Source: a virus
Taxonomy: Duplodnaviria; Caudoviricetes
DNA: 63,934 nucleotides
Virus record (IMG/VR): IMGVR_UViG_3300035156_000168
Location: 1-63,934 of that record
Strand: one strand, 5' to 3'
Of the stretch, positions 39,959 through 49,452 are shown piece by piece. A model generated the notes under the pieces. It saw nothing but the letters and a program-made list of their open reading frames with translations, did no database searches and was not told the origin of the DNA. Within the stretch, counting starts at the first letter, position 1. Every line of letters begins with the position of its first letter. The translations under genes and the position numbers were made by a program.

Positions 39959-40680
39959 CCGACCGTGTCCTCGACCGTGTGCCGTCCGTCCCCGACCGCC
40001 GCCGCCAAGTCGAGTTCAACCTCGCCGATGCGATCGTTGGGCTCACCCCACGGTCATACACATGGGCTGTTCCGTTCTGCCTTGACCAGCGAGCTGAAGG
40101 CGCATGCGTCGCACATGGGGCCACGCACGAGGCAGTGGCTCGTCCGGTGATGATCGACTTCGCCAAGCACCCACTGCCGGACTGGGCGGTGCGTGCTAAC
40201 CGCGTTCGCACCGCTGGTGGCAGCGCGCAGCAGATCGCGCAGGCGTACGCGTTCGACGCCTACGACTGGTGCCGCCGCAACGACGAATGGAGCGGCGAAG
40301 CGTATAGCGGAACCAGCGTCGCGGCTGGCGCGAGGTCGATGGTCGTCTCTGGCTTCTGGGGCCAATACCGGTGGACCATCGACGTGAACGATATGGCCGT
40401 GGCGGTCAGCCGCACCGGACCGGCAGTCATCGGAGTGGATTGGATGACGGGCTTTTTCGAGCCCGACCGGAACAACTTCCTCAACCTCACCGGTCGCGTC
40501 GAAGGCGGGCACTGCGTCCTCGTCAACGGCTACAGCACCACGCGGCGTGCGTTCAAGATCACGAACTCGTGGGGACCTGGCTTCGGTCGTGACGGGACTG
40601 CGTGGATACGCCACGACGACATGGCCCAGCTGCTCCACGATGGCGGCGAGTGCTGTGTGCCTATGCGGCGAAGTGTGTAG
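39955..40680 (+). CDS. papain-like (C1) cysteine peptidase
   Basis: DQRAEGAC, GGHCVLVNGY, NSWG. Confidence 0.85.
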   Translation: MTDRVLDRVPSVPDRRRQVEFNLADAIVGLTPRSYTWAVPFCLDQRAEGACVAHGATHEAVARPVMIDFAKHPLPDWAVRANRVRTAGGSAQQIAQAYAFDAYDWCRRNDEWSGEAYSGTSVAAGARSMVVSGFWGQYRWTIDVNDMAVAVSRTGPAVIGVDWMTGFFEPDRNNFLNLTGRVEGGHCVLVNGYSTTRRAFKITNSWGPGFGRDGTAWIRHDDMAQLLHDGGECCVPMRRSV

Positions 40681-40987
40681 CGGCGCGCCATTGGCGTTTC
40701 TCCCGCGTCCGCTGCGTCTGGCTGTCAGGTGTCAGGTCGCATTCTTCACAGGTGCAGCGGCGGCGCGCGCCTGTCGGGCCCGCCAGCATTCGCCGGGTGC
40801 CCGACTTGCCCAGCATTCGCGCCATGCCGCTCACTCTACTGAACAAACATTTCGTCTGCTCGCCGATGGCGCGGTCTCCCTACCTGTCAGGCGCGTCCTC
40901 TAACTAGCAACACTCCCCACCCCTCCCCCACCGGACGAGGGGTGAATTCTGCACGCCCTCCCCCACCACAAGTGACACAGGAGAAGC

Positions 40988-42625
40988 ATGGCGAAAGACG
41001 TACCCGACGTTGCGAGTTGGAACCCGTACTGGGAGAACAGCGTCGCCAACATCAAAAAAGGAATGCAAGCACTCATCGACGTCGGCTCCGACGTGATCGG
41101 CATGCAGGAAATGTCCCACGACCCAACCTGGGACGCGATAGCGGCATGGACGCCAACAATCGGCTGGTGGACGACCCCGAAGTCGAACGCCATCCCCATC
41201 CACGTCAACACCAAAACGTACGAGATCGTCGACTGGAAGTCGGTGCTGTACGACGACAGCGACCGCACCGTCGAACCGGGTGCGGGCGGCAACACGACCC
41301 CGACGAAAAGCATCATGCGGGTGTCGGTCCGTCACCGCGAGCAGGGCACCGTGTCGCACCACTTCAACATGCACCTGATCGCCACGATTGAGAGCGGCGG
41401 GCAGGTTGGTGGGAACCCGTTGCGGCTGGCGTTCGCGCAAGGCCACCTCGACCTGTTCAAACAGTTGGCGGCGCCGTACCTCGCAACAGGTGAGCCGGTG
41501 ACGGTCTCCGCCGACTGGAATGTGTCGTCGTCGACTTCCGCAGGGAAGTGGCTCCGCGACCAAATGACCCCGCTCGGGTTCGTGTCGGCGCAGCACAAGC
41601 TGGGCCCGTTCAACACGCACGGCGTCCGCGAAATCGACGACGTGTTCTACGCCAACTGTGAGGCGACGAAGTTCCGCCGGCTCGACGAGTTCGGCTCCGA
41701 CCACAGCCCAATCGAGGTGGACCTGGGCCCAAAAGCAGAAGAGGAACCCGAATTGGCTACCTGTCAGAACGGCTACCCGGTCGCGTTCAGCCGCGAACAG
41801 ATTAAGCCCAGCCCCGCCACCGTCACCATCGCGGGTCTGCGGAAGTTCACCGTCCGCTCCGACCACGCCCCCGCGTGGCAGATCCTCGGCGACCATTTGC
41901 ACGAGTACGTGGAGGCCGTCAACGAGGGCTACAAGGACATAGACGACTGGTCGTACACCGTCCGTCCGGTGCGCGGTCAAACGTCCGGCTACAGCAACCA
42001 CTCCGGCGCTTGCGCGTGGGACTGGAACGCCACCCAGCACCCGCTCGCCACATCCCCAGCCGCCAACTTCACGACACGGCAGATCACCCGCATCCGTGAG
42101 CTGATGTCGAAGTTCGTCGGCAACGGTCAGCGCATCTTCCGTTGGGGCGGCGACTACTCGGGCCGCAAGGACGGCATGCACTTGGAGGTGGTGGCGTCGT
42201 CGGCGGACGTGGCCGCGTTCGTCCGCGACTTCAACGCCGGCAAAATCCGCCTGTCGTTCGTCGCACCACCACCAGAGCCGGTCGTCGTTAAGCCCGCCGC
42301 GGTCAAACCGAAGGTGTCGCTGAAAGCGGTACAGGCTGGGTTGCGGTCAGGGTCCGAACTCGTCGAAGGTCCCACCGGCAACGACGGCGCCGAGTATCAG
42401 CGGGCGTTGAACAAGTTCACCGGGTTCGAGTTGGTCACCGACGGCGTGCTCGGCCGCAACAGCCGCGTCGTCACCGCACAAGCGCAACTCAAGGTGGCAC
42501 GCGGAAACGGCGCGAACCTGACAACCGCTGACTGCTGGCCGAACTCCGGCTACAACACGGACCTCGACGGCATCGTCGGTGCGGAAACGTTCAAAGCGCT
42601 CGGCCTGGACAACACCGACATCTAA
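40988..42625 (+). CDS. endolysin: EEP domain, M15 peptidase, peptidoglycan-binding domain
   Basis: GMQE/ADWN/IDDVF/SDH; SNHSG..A.D, WGGDY...D.MH.E; DGVLG/DGIVG. Confidence 0.85.
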   Translation: MAKDVPDVASWNPYWENSVANIKKGMQALIDVGSDVIGMQEMSHDPTWDAIAAWTPTIGWWTTPKSNAIPIHVNTKTYEIVDWKSVLYDDSDRTVEPGAGGNTTPTKSIMRVSVRHREQGTVSHHFNMHLIATIESGGQVGGNPLRLAFAQGHLDLFKQLAAPYLATGEPVTVSADWNVSSSTSAGKWLRDQMTPLGFVSAQHKLGPFNTHGVREIDDVFYANCEATKFRRLDEFGSDHSPIEVDLGPKAEEEPELATCQNGYPVAFSREQIKPSPATVTIAGLRKFTVRSDHAPAWQILGDHLHEYVEAVNEGYKDIDDWSYTVRPVRGQTSGYSNHSGACAWDWNATQHPLATSPAANFTTRQITRIRELMSKFVGNGQRIFRWGGDYSGRKDGMHLEVVASSADVAAFVRDFNAGKIRLSFVAPPPEPVVVKPAAVKPKVSLKAVQAGLRSGSELVEGPTGNDGAEYQRALNKFTGFELVTDGVLGRNSRVVTAQAQLKVARGNGANLTTADCWPNSGYNTDLDGIVGAETFKALGLDNTDI

Positions 42626-42826
42626 TTGACCGTGGCTCCGCCGTTCTCGGGGATTCACCATCAAACTCCCAAATAGTTGGGTTGGGTTGGGGTTTATCAC
42701 GGCGGGCCACGGATTCAGTTGTACATCCAGAGTAGACGAGAGGACCACAAAACGTGGACGACAGCCCGTTCCAACCGACACGGAGTCGGCGATGATTCGA
42801 CAATCTTCTGCTTCGAAAGGCGTGCC

Positions 42827-43285
42827 ATGCCCATTGTGAACGCATCTGTGCTGAAAGCCGACGCCAGCAACCGCGCCCTACGCACCTTCCTGCAAGGGCT
42901 CGCCTACGTTGTGCTGTTCGCTGTCGGGCTCGTCCTGTACAACGCGTTCAGCACCGCAACCCGCTGGTCCGACTTCGACTGGTCCGCGCTGCTGTTCTCA
43001 GCGCTGCAGGCCGCGGTCATGGCCGGGTTTGCGTACCTCATGAGGTCTCGCCTTGACGCGTCGTCGGTGCCGACACCGCTGCCGCCCGAATACCCCGGCG
43101 AACCCAACGAAGAACCGCAGATCATCAACGTAGACGCGGATAAGTTAAGGGAAGGCACTTTGGGGGCCACCAACGTAAAGGAAGGGACGTTGGGCGGCGC
43201 GCAGATCATCTCGAACCGCACCGGCAAGGTCTACGACGACCACCCCGACCGAGGCATGCGAGACGACGGGACGCCGATCGTCTGA
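42827..43285 (+). CDS. holin
   Basis: RALRTFLQ, two TM helices; GAAAGG RBS. Confidence 0.75.
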   Translation: MPIVNASVLKADASNRALRTFLQGLAYVVLFAVGLVLYNAFSTATRWSDFDWSALLFSALQAAVMAGFAYLMRSRLDASSVPTPLPPEYPGEPNEEPQIINVDADKLREGTLGATNVKEGTLGGAQIISNRTGKVYDDHPDRGMRDDGTPIV

Positions 43286-43299
43286 CTGCGACATCCGAT

Positions 43300-43677
43300 T
43301 CAGGTGCCTACCAGTTGGTGAGCGCGTTGATGTGACACCCCGAGCAGAGCCCCGATGTCCCGCAAGGGAACATCCGCAGAGGCGAGCCCCTTCGCCAACT
43401 CGGCAGCTTCATGAGCAGCCTCGGCCTCGAGCTGAGCGGCGGCTTCCTTGTCGTGGCGGATGAGCGCCACCTTTTCCCCGACCGAGATCCCTCCCACGTC
43501 CCCGTAGCTGAGGGACACGTCCACGTCGCTAAGTTTCACGTCGAGAGTGACCGCGATGTACTCGCGGGCCATGAGTTCGATCTCGGACACGCGTCGAGCT
43601 TGAGTGACCCCGTCTAGTTCGGGGATGTGGATCATCCACCAGCGGCCTTCTCTGGTCACTGTTACGTCGTACCTCAT
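43300..43677 (-). CDS. hicB: HicB-like antitoxin
   Basis: YDVTVTREGRWW.I.IPEL...TQA plus C-terminal HTH (DIGALLGVSHQRAHQL). Confidence 0.8.
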   Translation of the reverse strand: MRYDVTVTREGRWWMIHIPELDGVTQARRVSEIELMAREYIAVTLDVKLSDVDVSLSYGDVGGISVGEKVALIRHDKEAAAQLEAEAAHEAAELAKGLASADVPLRDIGALLGVSHQRAHQLVGT

Positions 43678-43874
43678 TTGCCCCCCTGGGCGCTCTTGAT
43701 TGCAGCCATGATTTGACGGACTACCCCTGGCGAGATGGTGCGGTGGCCGTCGGGCACCGACACACTGACTGACCCTGCCTGCCAAACGGTGTGGCTTCCC
43801 ACGGTCCGCACCGGCAGGAAGCCTGCGTCCCGGAGTTGCTTCACCATTTTGCGGGTGGGCTGCTCGCTAACCAT
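43674..43874 (-). CDS. hicA: HicA toxin
   Basis: L..AGF...R..GSH, VP.H..I.PG. Confidence 0.88.
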   Translation of the reverse strand: MVSEQPTRKMVKQLRDAGFLPVRTVGSHTVWQAGSVSVSVPDGHRTISPGVVRQIMAAIKSAQGGK

Positions 43875-43938
43875 GACTATAGTCTAGCGCCGTAGACGCT
43901 TTCTAGTCAAGCGGCATAGACACTTGCTGCGCTAGACT
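43875..43938 (-). promoter_or_regulatory. hicAB leaderless promoter with operator-like inverted repeat
   Basis: TTGACT-N18-TAGACT-N6-ATG on minus strand; AGTCTAGCGC (43881) / GCGCTAGACT (43929). Confidence 0.65.
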
Positions 43939-43950
43939 CAGACAGCACTC

Positions 43951-43978
43951 CGCCCCGCGCCCTAACCGGCGCGGGGCG
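43951..43978. terminator. GC-rich hairpin
   Basis: CGCCCCGCGCC-N6-GGCGCGGGGCG. Confidence 0.55.
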
Positions 43979-43990
43979 ATTCTTGCGTTG

Positions 43991-44254
43991 TCAGGAGGTC
44001 CGCGACATAGGCCAGTCATCATGGTCATGCAGATACTGAGATACGTCAGCGACGAGGCAATCAGCAACTGTGAGTCGAGGGTTGTGAGCGTGCCACTGGG
44101 CTTCTTCGACGACCGCTTCAAGGCAGTCATTGATGGTCTCGCCGTCGCCCGCATTCACCCACTCGGTCTTCCACCAGTCGTCGCAATCGCAAGTCGCCCT
44201 CACGCGCTTCTCGTTTGAAACGATGCCGACGTACACGTGATGCCCCATCGTCAT
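43991..44254 (-). CDS. hypothetical
   Basis: GGAGG RBS, ATGA-coupled to upstream small ORF. Confidence 0.5.
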   Translation of the reverse strand: MTMGHHVYVGIVSNEKRVRATCDCDDWWKTEWVNAGDGETINDCLEAVVEEAQWHAHNPRLTVADCLVADVSQYLHDHDDWPMSRTS

Positions 44255-44388
44255 GCCTCCGGTTCTGGGCGCTTGCCCTTGATGATCTTCGCCACCGATT
44301 CGTACCCGATGCCCTCGCCGCGCAGCTGCTCCGACGTCAGACCCGCGGCGCGGAGTGCGACCCGATCAGGTGTCCACTTCGGCCCCAT
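44251..44388 (-). CDS. small HTH-like protein (45 aa, not in ORF track)
   Basis: LRAAGLTSEQLRGEGIGYESVAKIIKGKR. Confidence 0.45.
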   Translation of the reverse strand: MGPKWTPDRVALRAAGLTSEQLRGEGIGYESVAKIIKGKRPEPEA

Positions 44389-44633
44389 GTCGGCAGCCTA
44401 ACAAACTACTGAGCGGAAGGGGTGCCCTGTCGAGGGAGCGGCGTCGCACGCGAGCGAAGCGAGTGGAGCGACGCCGAGCCTACCGGCTTTGTCAACTCTG
44501 ACGCAACAAAAACTGGACATCCCGTGCAGTCTCTGTGGAGTTACGCGCCGCATCCGTTAATGTGTGCGTAGCAGTGTTTCCCCCACCAGAGAGGTCAACG
44601 CATGAACATTTTCGGAGTGGCGACGTGAGAGGC

Positions 44634-44867
44634 ATGTTGCACAGCCTGTTCGCTGGGCCGTTCAAAACGGCGGTGCTTATCGGCGCAGTGTTGATGCTCG
44701 TCGTCGGCATCGGCCAAGCCGCGACAGCCATGTATGTCGGCGGTCGCGCTATCGGCGGCGGTGTCGGTGTCACCGTTTACGACTTCATCCCTGGCATGGC
44801 TGACGGCTTCAACCAGGCGAAGGCTGACGCGGTGAAGATCCGCCAGCAGTACCAGGCGCAGAGCTAG
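44634..44867 (+). CDS. small membrane protein
   Basis: Hydrophobic, coupled to the FtsK-like gene. Confidence 0.55.
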   Translation: MLHSLFAGPFKTAVLIGAVLMLVVGIGQAATAMYVGGRAIGGGVGVTVYDFIPGMADGFNQAKADAVKIRQQYQAQS

Positions 44868-46720
44868 TGGCGAAGATGGCGGCGAAGCGGCGGCGTAAGG
44901 CGTCGTCATCTGTTGAGCAGTGGGTTGTTTCGCATGTGCTGACGAAGTGGTGGTTTTGGCTGTGGGCGGCGTTCACGTACGTCACTTACAGGTTCTTCGG
45001 TGACATGTGGTCGGTGTTGAAGGTGGAGGCGGCGATTGTCGGCGTCTCCACCTGTGTGTTTGTGTCGCTGTGGCGCCGGGAGCGTCTGCGGCTACTGGCG
45101 GCGAAGGGTTTGCCGAACCCTGGCTTGTTGGGGGTGGTGAAGGACGCCGGGAAGGTGGCCGTCGCCATCCCCAGAACCCGTGAGGGTTGGGTTAACGCGT
45201 GGGCGTCGCTGCCGGCGTTGAAGGGCCGCAAGATGCCGCCGTTGCGGAACATGACGATGACAGCGGACGGTGATTTGGAGACGTTGGTTCATGCGTCGAA
45301 GTACGGGGTGACGGTTGAGCTGATCCAGGCGAACGCCGCCGACATCGCGCAAATCTGCAACTCGCCTCGGCTGGTGGTGCGCAGGACGTCTATCGGCTGG
45401 GCGAAGCTCACGTTCCGGTTCACGGAGCCGTTGGAGCGGGTGCTGCCCATCGCCGAGCTGCCGCTGCCGAAGACGCGCGGGAACATCGTCATTGGCGTGA
45501 CCGAAGACGGCGACCCGATGGAACTGCCCGGCGATCAGTGCATCCTCGACGGCGGCGTTCAAGGGTCCGGGAAGTCGAACGACCTGTGGTGCTTGTTGGC
45601 GTCTCTGAACATGCAGGGCATCCCGACGCGGGCGCGGTTCATCGACTTGAAGGACGGCATGGAACTCAGCCGCCTGGGTGCGAACCCGCTCGGCGAATGG
45701 GTGGGGTTGGGGAACCTTTGCGTCGCCGGGTACACCACCGACGCCGACGAGGGTTTGCAGATCGTTCAGGACGCCCTCGACGACATGCGGGAGCGCGCGA
45801 AGCGGTTGGGTGAGGACAAGGTGCGGAAGTTCCGCGAGTACACCCAAGACGACCCGTTCTTGCTGTTGGTGATCGACGAGGCGCTCGACTACAACGACGA
45901 GTTCAAGAAGGGCACTTCCCGTCCTTTGGGCCAGTTCAACCGGAAGGTGCGGGCGGTGGGCGGGCTGACGATGGCGACGGTGCAGTACGCGCACGCGCAG
46001 GACATGGGTGTTGGTAGGAAGCCGTTCGGCACCCGCATCTGCCACCGGGCGGAGAAGGAAACCGGCGACACCATCCTTGGGGCGGGTGCTGCGTCTCGCG
46101 GTGCGGAGGTCGACAAAATCCCACAGTCGATGCCTGGCGTCGGGTTCTACGTGGACCCGGACAGGGGCGAGCAGACCCCGTTCCGGTCGGCGTATGTGAC
46201 GGACGCAGACGCGGACCGCATCGCCTCCGGTCTGCTGCCGGAGGGCATCGAGTTCGGGACGCCCGCCGAGGAAATCGCACCCGAGTGCGCGGTCTATTGG
46301 CTGCGGTCGTCGGACGGTGAGTCGCTGTACATCGGGAAGGCGCTCGACCCAGCCGCCCGTTGGGACCAGCACAAGTCGCCCAGCAGCAGCGACTACAAGC
46401 CGTGGATCGACGAAGTCGACTGGACGCAGACGAAGGTGTTCTGGAAGGACAACGAGGCGGCGGCGCTCAAGTACGAGAAGCATCTGACGGAGAAGTTCGG
46501 GTCGAAGTACAACGACCTGAACAACCGGAAGACGCCGTGGCGTGTTGACTGGCGGGCTGAGCACAAGGCGAAGAAAGCCGCGGAGGCTGCGGATGCTGTG
46601 CCGGAGCCGTCGAACGAGGAGTTGGCTGGGCGTCGCCCGTTGCAGCTGGTCGTGAACGACGACGTGGACGATGACGGTCTGATGCCTACCGGTACTGATT
46701 CGTACTACGGCAGCGAGTGA
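44867..46720 (+). CDS. FtsK/SpoIIIE (TraB-like) DNA translocase with C-terminal GIY-YIG domain
   Basis: Two N-terminal TM, Walker A GVQGSGKS, IDLKDG.E, Walker B LLLVIDE, PGVG; AVYWL...LYIGKA..P..RW.QH. Confidence 0.85.
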   Translation: MAKMAAKRRRKASSSVEQWVVSHVLTKWWFWLWAAFTYVTYRFFGDMWSVLKVEAAIVGVSTCVFVSLWRRERLRLLAAKGLPNPGLLGVVKDAGKVAVAIPRTREGWVNAWASLPALKGRKMPPLRNMTMTADGDLETLVHASKYGVTVELIQANAADIAQICNSPRLVVRRTSIGWAKLTFRFTEPLERVLPIAELPLPKTRGNIVIGVTEDGDPMELPGDQCILDGGVQGSGKSNDLWCLLASLNMQGIPTRARFIDLKDGMELSRLGANPLGEWVGLGNLCVAGYTTDADEGLQIVQDALDDMRERAKRLGEDKVRKFREYTQDDPFLLLVIDEALDYNDEFKKGTSRPLGQFNRKVRAVGGLTMATVQYAHAQDMGVGRKPFGTRICHRAEKETGDTILGAGAASRGAEVDKIPQSMPGVGFYVDPDRGEQTPFRSAYVTDADADRIASGLLPEGIEFGTPAEEIAPECAVYWLRSSDGESLYIGKALDPAARWDQHKSPSSSDYKPWIDEVDWTQTKVFWKDNEAAALKYEKHLTEKFGSKYNDLNNRKTPWRVDWRAEHKAKKAAEAADAVPEPSNEELAGRRPLQLVVNDDVDDDGLMPTGTDSYYGSE

Positions 46721-48699
46721 TGGACGAAGACGAGGTCGGTCACAGTCTGACCGCCGGTCACGTTGTGATGGCTGGCGTCCTGGCGTTGTTCCTTGCCGGA
46801 GGGCACGCATATCAGGCGTCGGACGACCCGCCGGAGGTGGCGTGCGCCAACACTGTCGTCACGCCGTCAGCGGCGGGTGTCGAGATCGCGGCGAGCATCG
46901 GTCGAGGGATCAACGCGTTGGCTCACGGTCGTCCGTCGGAGGAGACGGTGCGCGACTACACCCTCGGCGCGTGGGGCCAGGTTGGGCTGTGGGTCGGTTC
47001 GGGGATCGCTGCGGCTCGCGGTCAGGAGTTGCCGAAGTCGGCGCTGATTGAGCAGCGGAAAGCGGTCGCGCAGGCGGTCGCTTTGCAGGATGCGTGCACC
47101 CCGAAGGCGGTGTGTGAGGCGCCGTTGCCGACCGCGGCGGCGGCGATTAGCACGTCTCGGCTGAGTCTCACTGGCGCTCCGCAGGCAGCGGACGCAGCAC
47201 GCAAGGCAGGGTTCACTGGTGAGGATCTTGTGGTGGCTGTTGCTGTCGCCGCCGCCGAGTCGGGCTATCGCAATGTGCGGTCGAAGCCGAACAGCAACGG
47301 CTCCTACGACCACGGCTTTTGGCAGATCAACAGTGTCCATCGCGGACTGTTGGCGGGCGGCGACTGGCGCGACCCGTACGACAACGCGCAGATGGCGTAC
47401 CAGGTGTGGGAGGACGCCGGGTGGCGGGCGTGGACGACCTACAAGAACGGCTCCCACCGACGCCACATGGATGCGGCCCGCGCGGCCGGCCAGGGCGCAC
47501 AGCAGACCCCGGCGGTGCCCGATCAGCCGACCTGCGAAGCGGGGAACCTGCAGGGCGTGATTTCGTCGGTGGCTGAGTTGAACCCGTCCGGCGCCGGCAA
47601 CTGGCAGGGCATGGTCCACGAGGGCCGCTGGTGGTATGTGGCGCACGCCACCGCTGGCGACCGGGCGCAGATCATCCACCGACTCGACGCCGACGGCAAA
47701 GAGGTCGACCAGATGACACTGGCAGGGTTCGAGCACGCCACCAGCTTCGGGGTGCGGCGCGGGGTCGTCTACGCCACCGACGGCCAACGTCAGGTCGTGA
47801 CCGTCAAGTACCAACCAGGCGAGACGGTGCGGTCAGGTCAGCCGACCGGATGGGCAGGGCAGGTGTCGTTCGACCCCGACGGGTCCCGGGCAGTGCTCCG
47901 CAACGGCAACCGATACAAGGTTATGGACCTCGCGACAGGTAAGCCGGTTGGCCGGCAGATTGTCACCCCGACCGGGCCGAGGCAAGGGTTCTCGGTAAAG
48001 GGCGACACCGTCTATGTGCTGTCGGGGTCGACGAACGAGAAGGCGCGGATCGACGCCTACTCGGTGCAAACCGGGTTGCAGAGCGGCACCCGTGATGTGA
48101 CAGGGGTCGGCTACAAGCAAGGCGAAACAGGTCGGTTCCGCGAGCCGGAGGGCATGTTCGGCAACCTGGTCGGCGTCAAGGTGCACACCGGCGACAAGCG
48201 GCGGCTGCGGGTGTTCCGCATCGACGCAGCTCGCACTGGCACACCTGCGGCGTTGACGTCGACGCAGATCGGTGGTGTGCGAACCGTGCAGTCGAAGGGC
48301 CGCACCTGGCAGATCCCGATCCCGAAAGGCCCGCGCGGCGTGGCTATCAACTTCGTGCTCGACCAGATCGAGCAAGGCGACCAGTACATCTACGGCAGCA
48401 AAGGCCCGGACACGTGGGACTGCTCGTCGCTGATCGCCGCCGGCTACCGCAAAGCTGGCATCAGCGTGTACCCACAGTCGGGGGTGATGAACCGCACCCT
48501 CAAACACGTGCCGCTGTCAGAGGCGCAACCGGGCGACATCTTCTGGCACCCCGGTCACGTCCAGCTGAACTTGGGCCGGATCAACGGCAAGAGAGTTGTC
48601 CTGGAAGCGGCAAACCCGCGCGACGACCTGCGCATCGACGACTCCGGCTGGGCCAAAATTGACGCAGTGCTTCGACCCACAGACGGAATCCCGACATGA
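46717..48699 (+). CDS. membrane-anchored cell-wall hydrolase: lytic transglycosylase, beta-propeller-like, NlpC/P60
   Basis: AVAAAESG, DHGFWQIN, AWTTY; Y.YG..GPD..DCSSL, PGDI.....HV. Confidence 0.85.
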   Translation: MMDEDEVGHSLTAGHVVMAGVLALFLAGGHAYQASDDPPEVACANTVVTPSAAGVEIAASIGRGINALAHGRPSEETVRDYTLGAWGQVGLWVGSGIAAARGQELPKSALIEQRKAVAQAVALQDACTPKAVCEAPLPTAAAAISTSRLSLTGAPQAADAARKAGFTGEDLVVAVAVAAAESGYRNVRSKPNSNGSYDHGFWQINSVHRGLLAGGDWRDPYDNAQMAYQVWEDAGWRAWTTYKNGSHRRHMDAARAAGQGAQQTPAVPDQPTCEAGNLQGVISSVAELNPSGAGNWQGMVHEGRWWYVAHATAGDRAQIIHRLDADGKEVDQMTLAGFEHATSFGVRRGVVYATDGQRQVVTVKYQPGETVRSGQPTGWAGQVSFDPDGSRAVLRNGNRYKVMDLATGKPVGRQIVTPTGPRQGFSVKGDTVYVLSGSTNEKARIDAYSVQTGLQSGTRDVTGVGYKQGETGRFREPEGMFGNLVGVKVHTGDKRRLRVFRIDAARTGTPAALTSTQIGGVRTVQSKGRTWQIPIPKGPRGVAINFVLDQIEQGDQYIYGSKGPDTWDCSSLIAAGYRKAGISVYPQSGVMNRTLKHVPLSEAQPGDIFWHPGHVQLNLGRINGKRVVLEAANPRDDLRIDDSGWAKIDAVLRPTDGIPT

Positions 48700-48721
48700 A
48701 CCGGCGAGAGGGCAACTGACA

Positions 48722-49213
48722 ATGTTGATCGACTACTTCGGCTTCAACGAGGTGATGAAGTCGCTGGCCGTGTTCGGGCTCATTCTGTCCGGGTTCCTAA
48801 CCGTCATCGTGCTCATTTTCGTCCGGCCGCCGCTCACCACGCAGACGAACGCCAGAACAGGCGAAACGCGGCACGGCATCTTCCGCTGGTTCGCGGTGTT
48901 CACCGCCATCTTCTCAGGCGTACCCCTGCTCATGATCGTCGTCCGGGCTGCGGCGACACCAATCGCATGGCTGGCGGCGCACTGGGTGTGGCTGGGGTTC
49001 GCCGCCATCGCCGCTGCGGCCGCGTGGGGTGCTTTAACGTGGTGGATCAACCGCCCCCGCATCGTCAAGGATGAACCTGTGCAAGTGCTGCCGCCACCAA
49101 CCAACCACAACCCGGGACCGTCGCTGCCACAGCCGCCACGCCCGCACGCGGCGCCGTCGCAGTACTACTACGGGCAATGGTCACAGTCCCCCGACACCAC
49201 CCCGCGCGGGTGA
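48722..49213 (+). CDS. membrane protein with Pro-rich tail
   Basis: Three TM helices. Confidence 0.6.
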   Translation: MLIDYFGFNEVMKSLAVFGLILSGFLTVIVLIFVRPPLTTQTNARTGETRHGIFRWFAVFTAIFSGVPLLMIVVRAAATPIAWLAAHWVWLGFAAIAAAAAWGALTWWINRPRIVKDEPVQVLPPPTNHNPGPSLPQPPRPHAAPSQYYYGQWSQSPDTTPRG

Positions 49214-49452
49214 CCACGGAAGACGACGACGTGCAAGCTGTCGTGGACGCAGTGCTCGCGAAAGATGTGTGGCGGGTCCAACGCGACCAACACATTTGGG
49301 ACCTGATGCACGTCCACGGCTGGAAGGTTCCACGCATCACCGCCACACTCGCCGTCGCTTTGGACCGAGCTGGGGTGCCCGCAGCGGAGCAGCGCGGGCT
49401 AGGCGTATCCCACGACAACATCCGACGAGTCACCGAAGGGCCGCGGCCATGA
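49210..49452 (+). CDS. hypothetical, possible HTH
   Basis: Coupled; GVSHDNIRRV. Confidence 0.45.
   Translation: MTTEDDDVQAVVDAVLAKDVWRVQRDQHIWDLMHVHGWKVPRITATLAVALDRAGVPAAEQRGLGVSHDNIRRVTEGPRP

Noticed and set aside
45092-46810. Long antisense ORFs (572 aa here, also 13046-14107, 40904-42181)
   Set aside because: Shadow ORFs of high-GC codon bias opposite well-supported genes.
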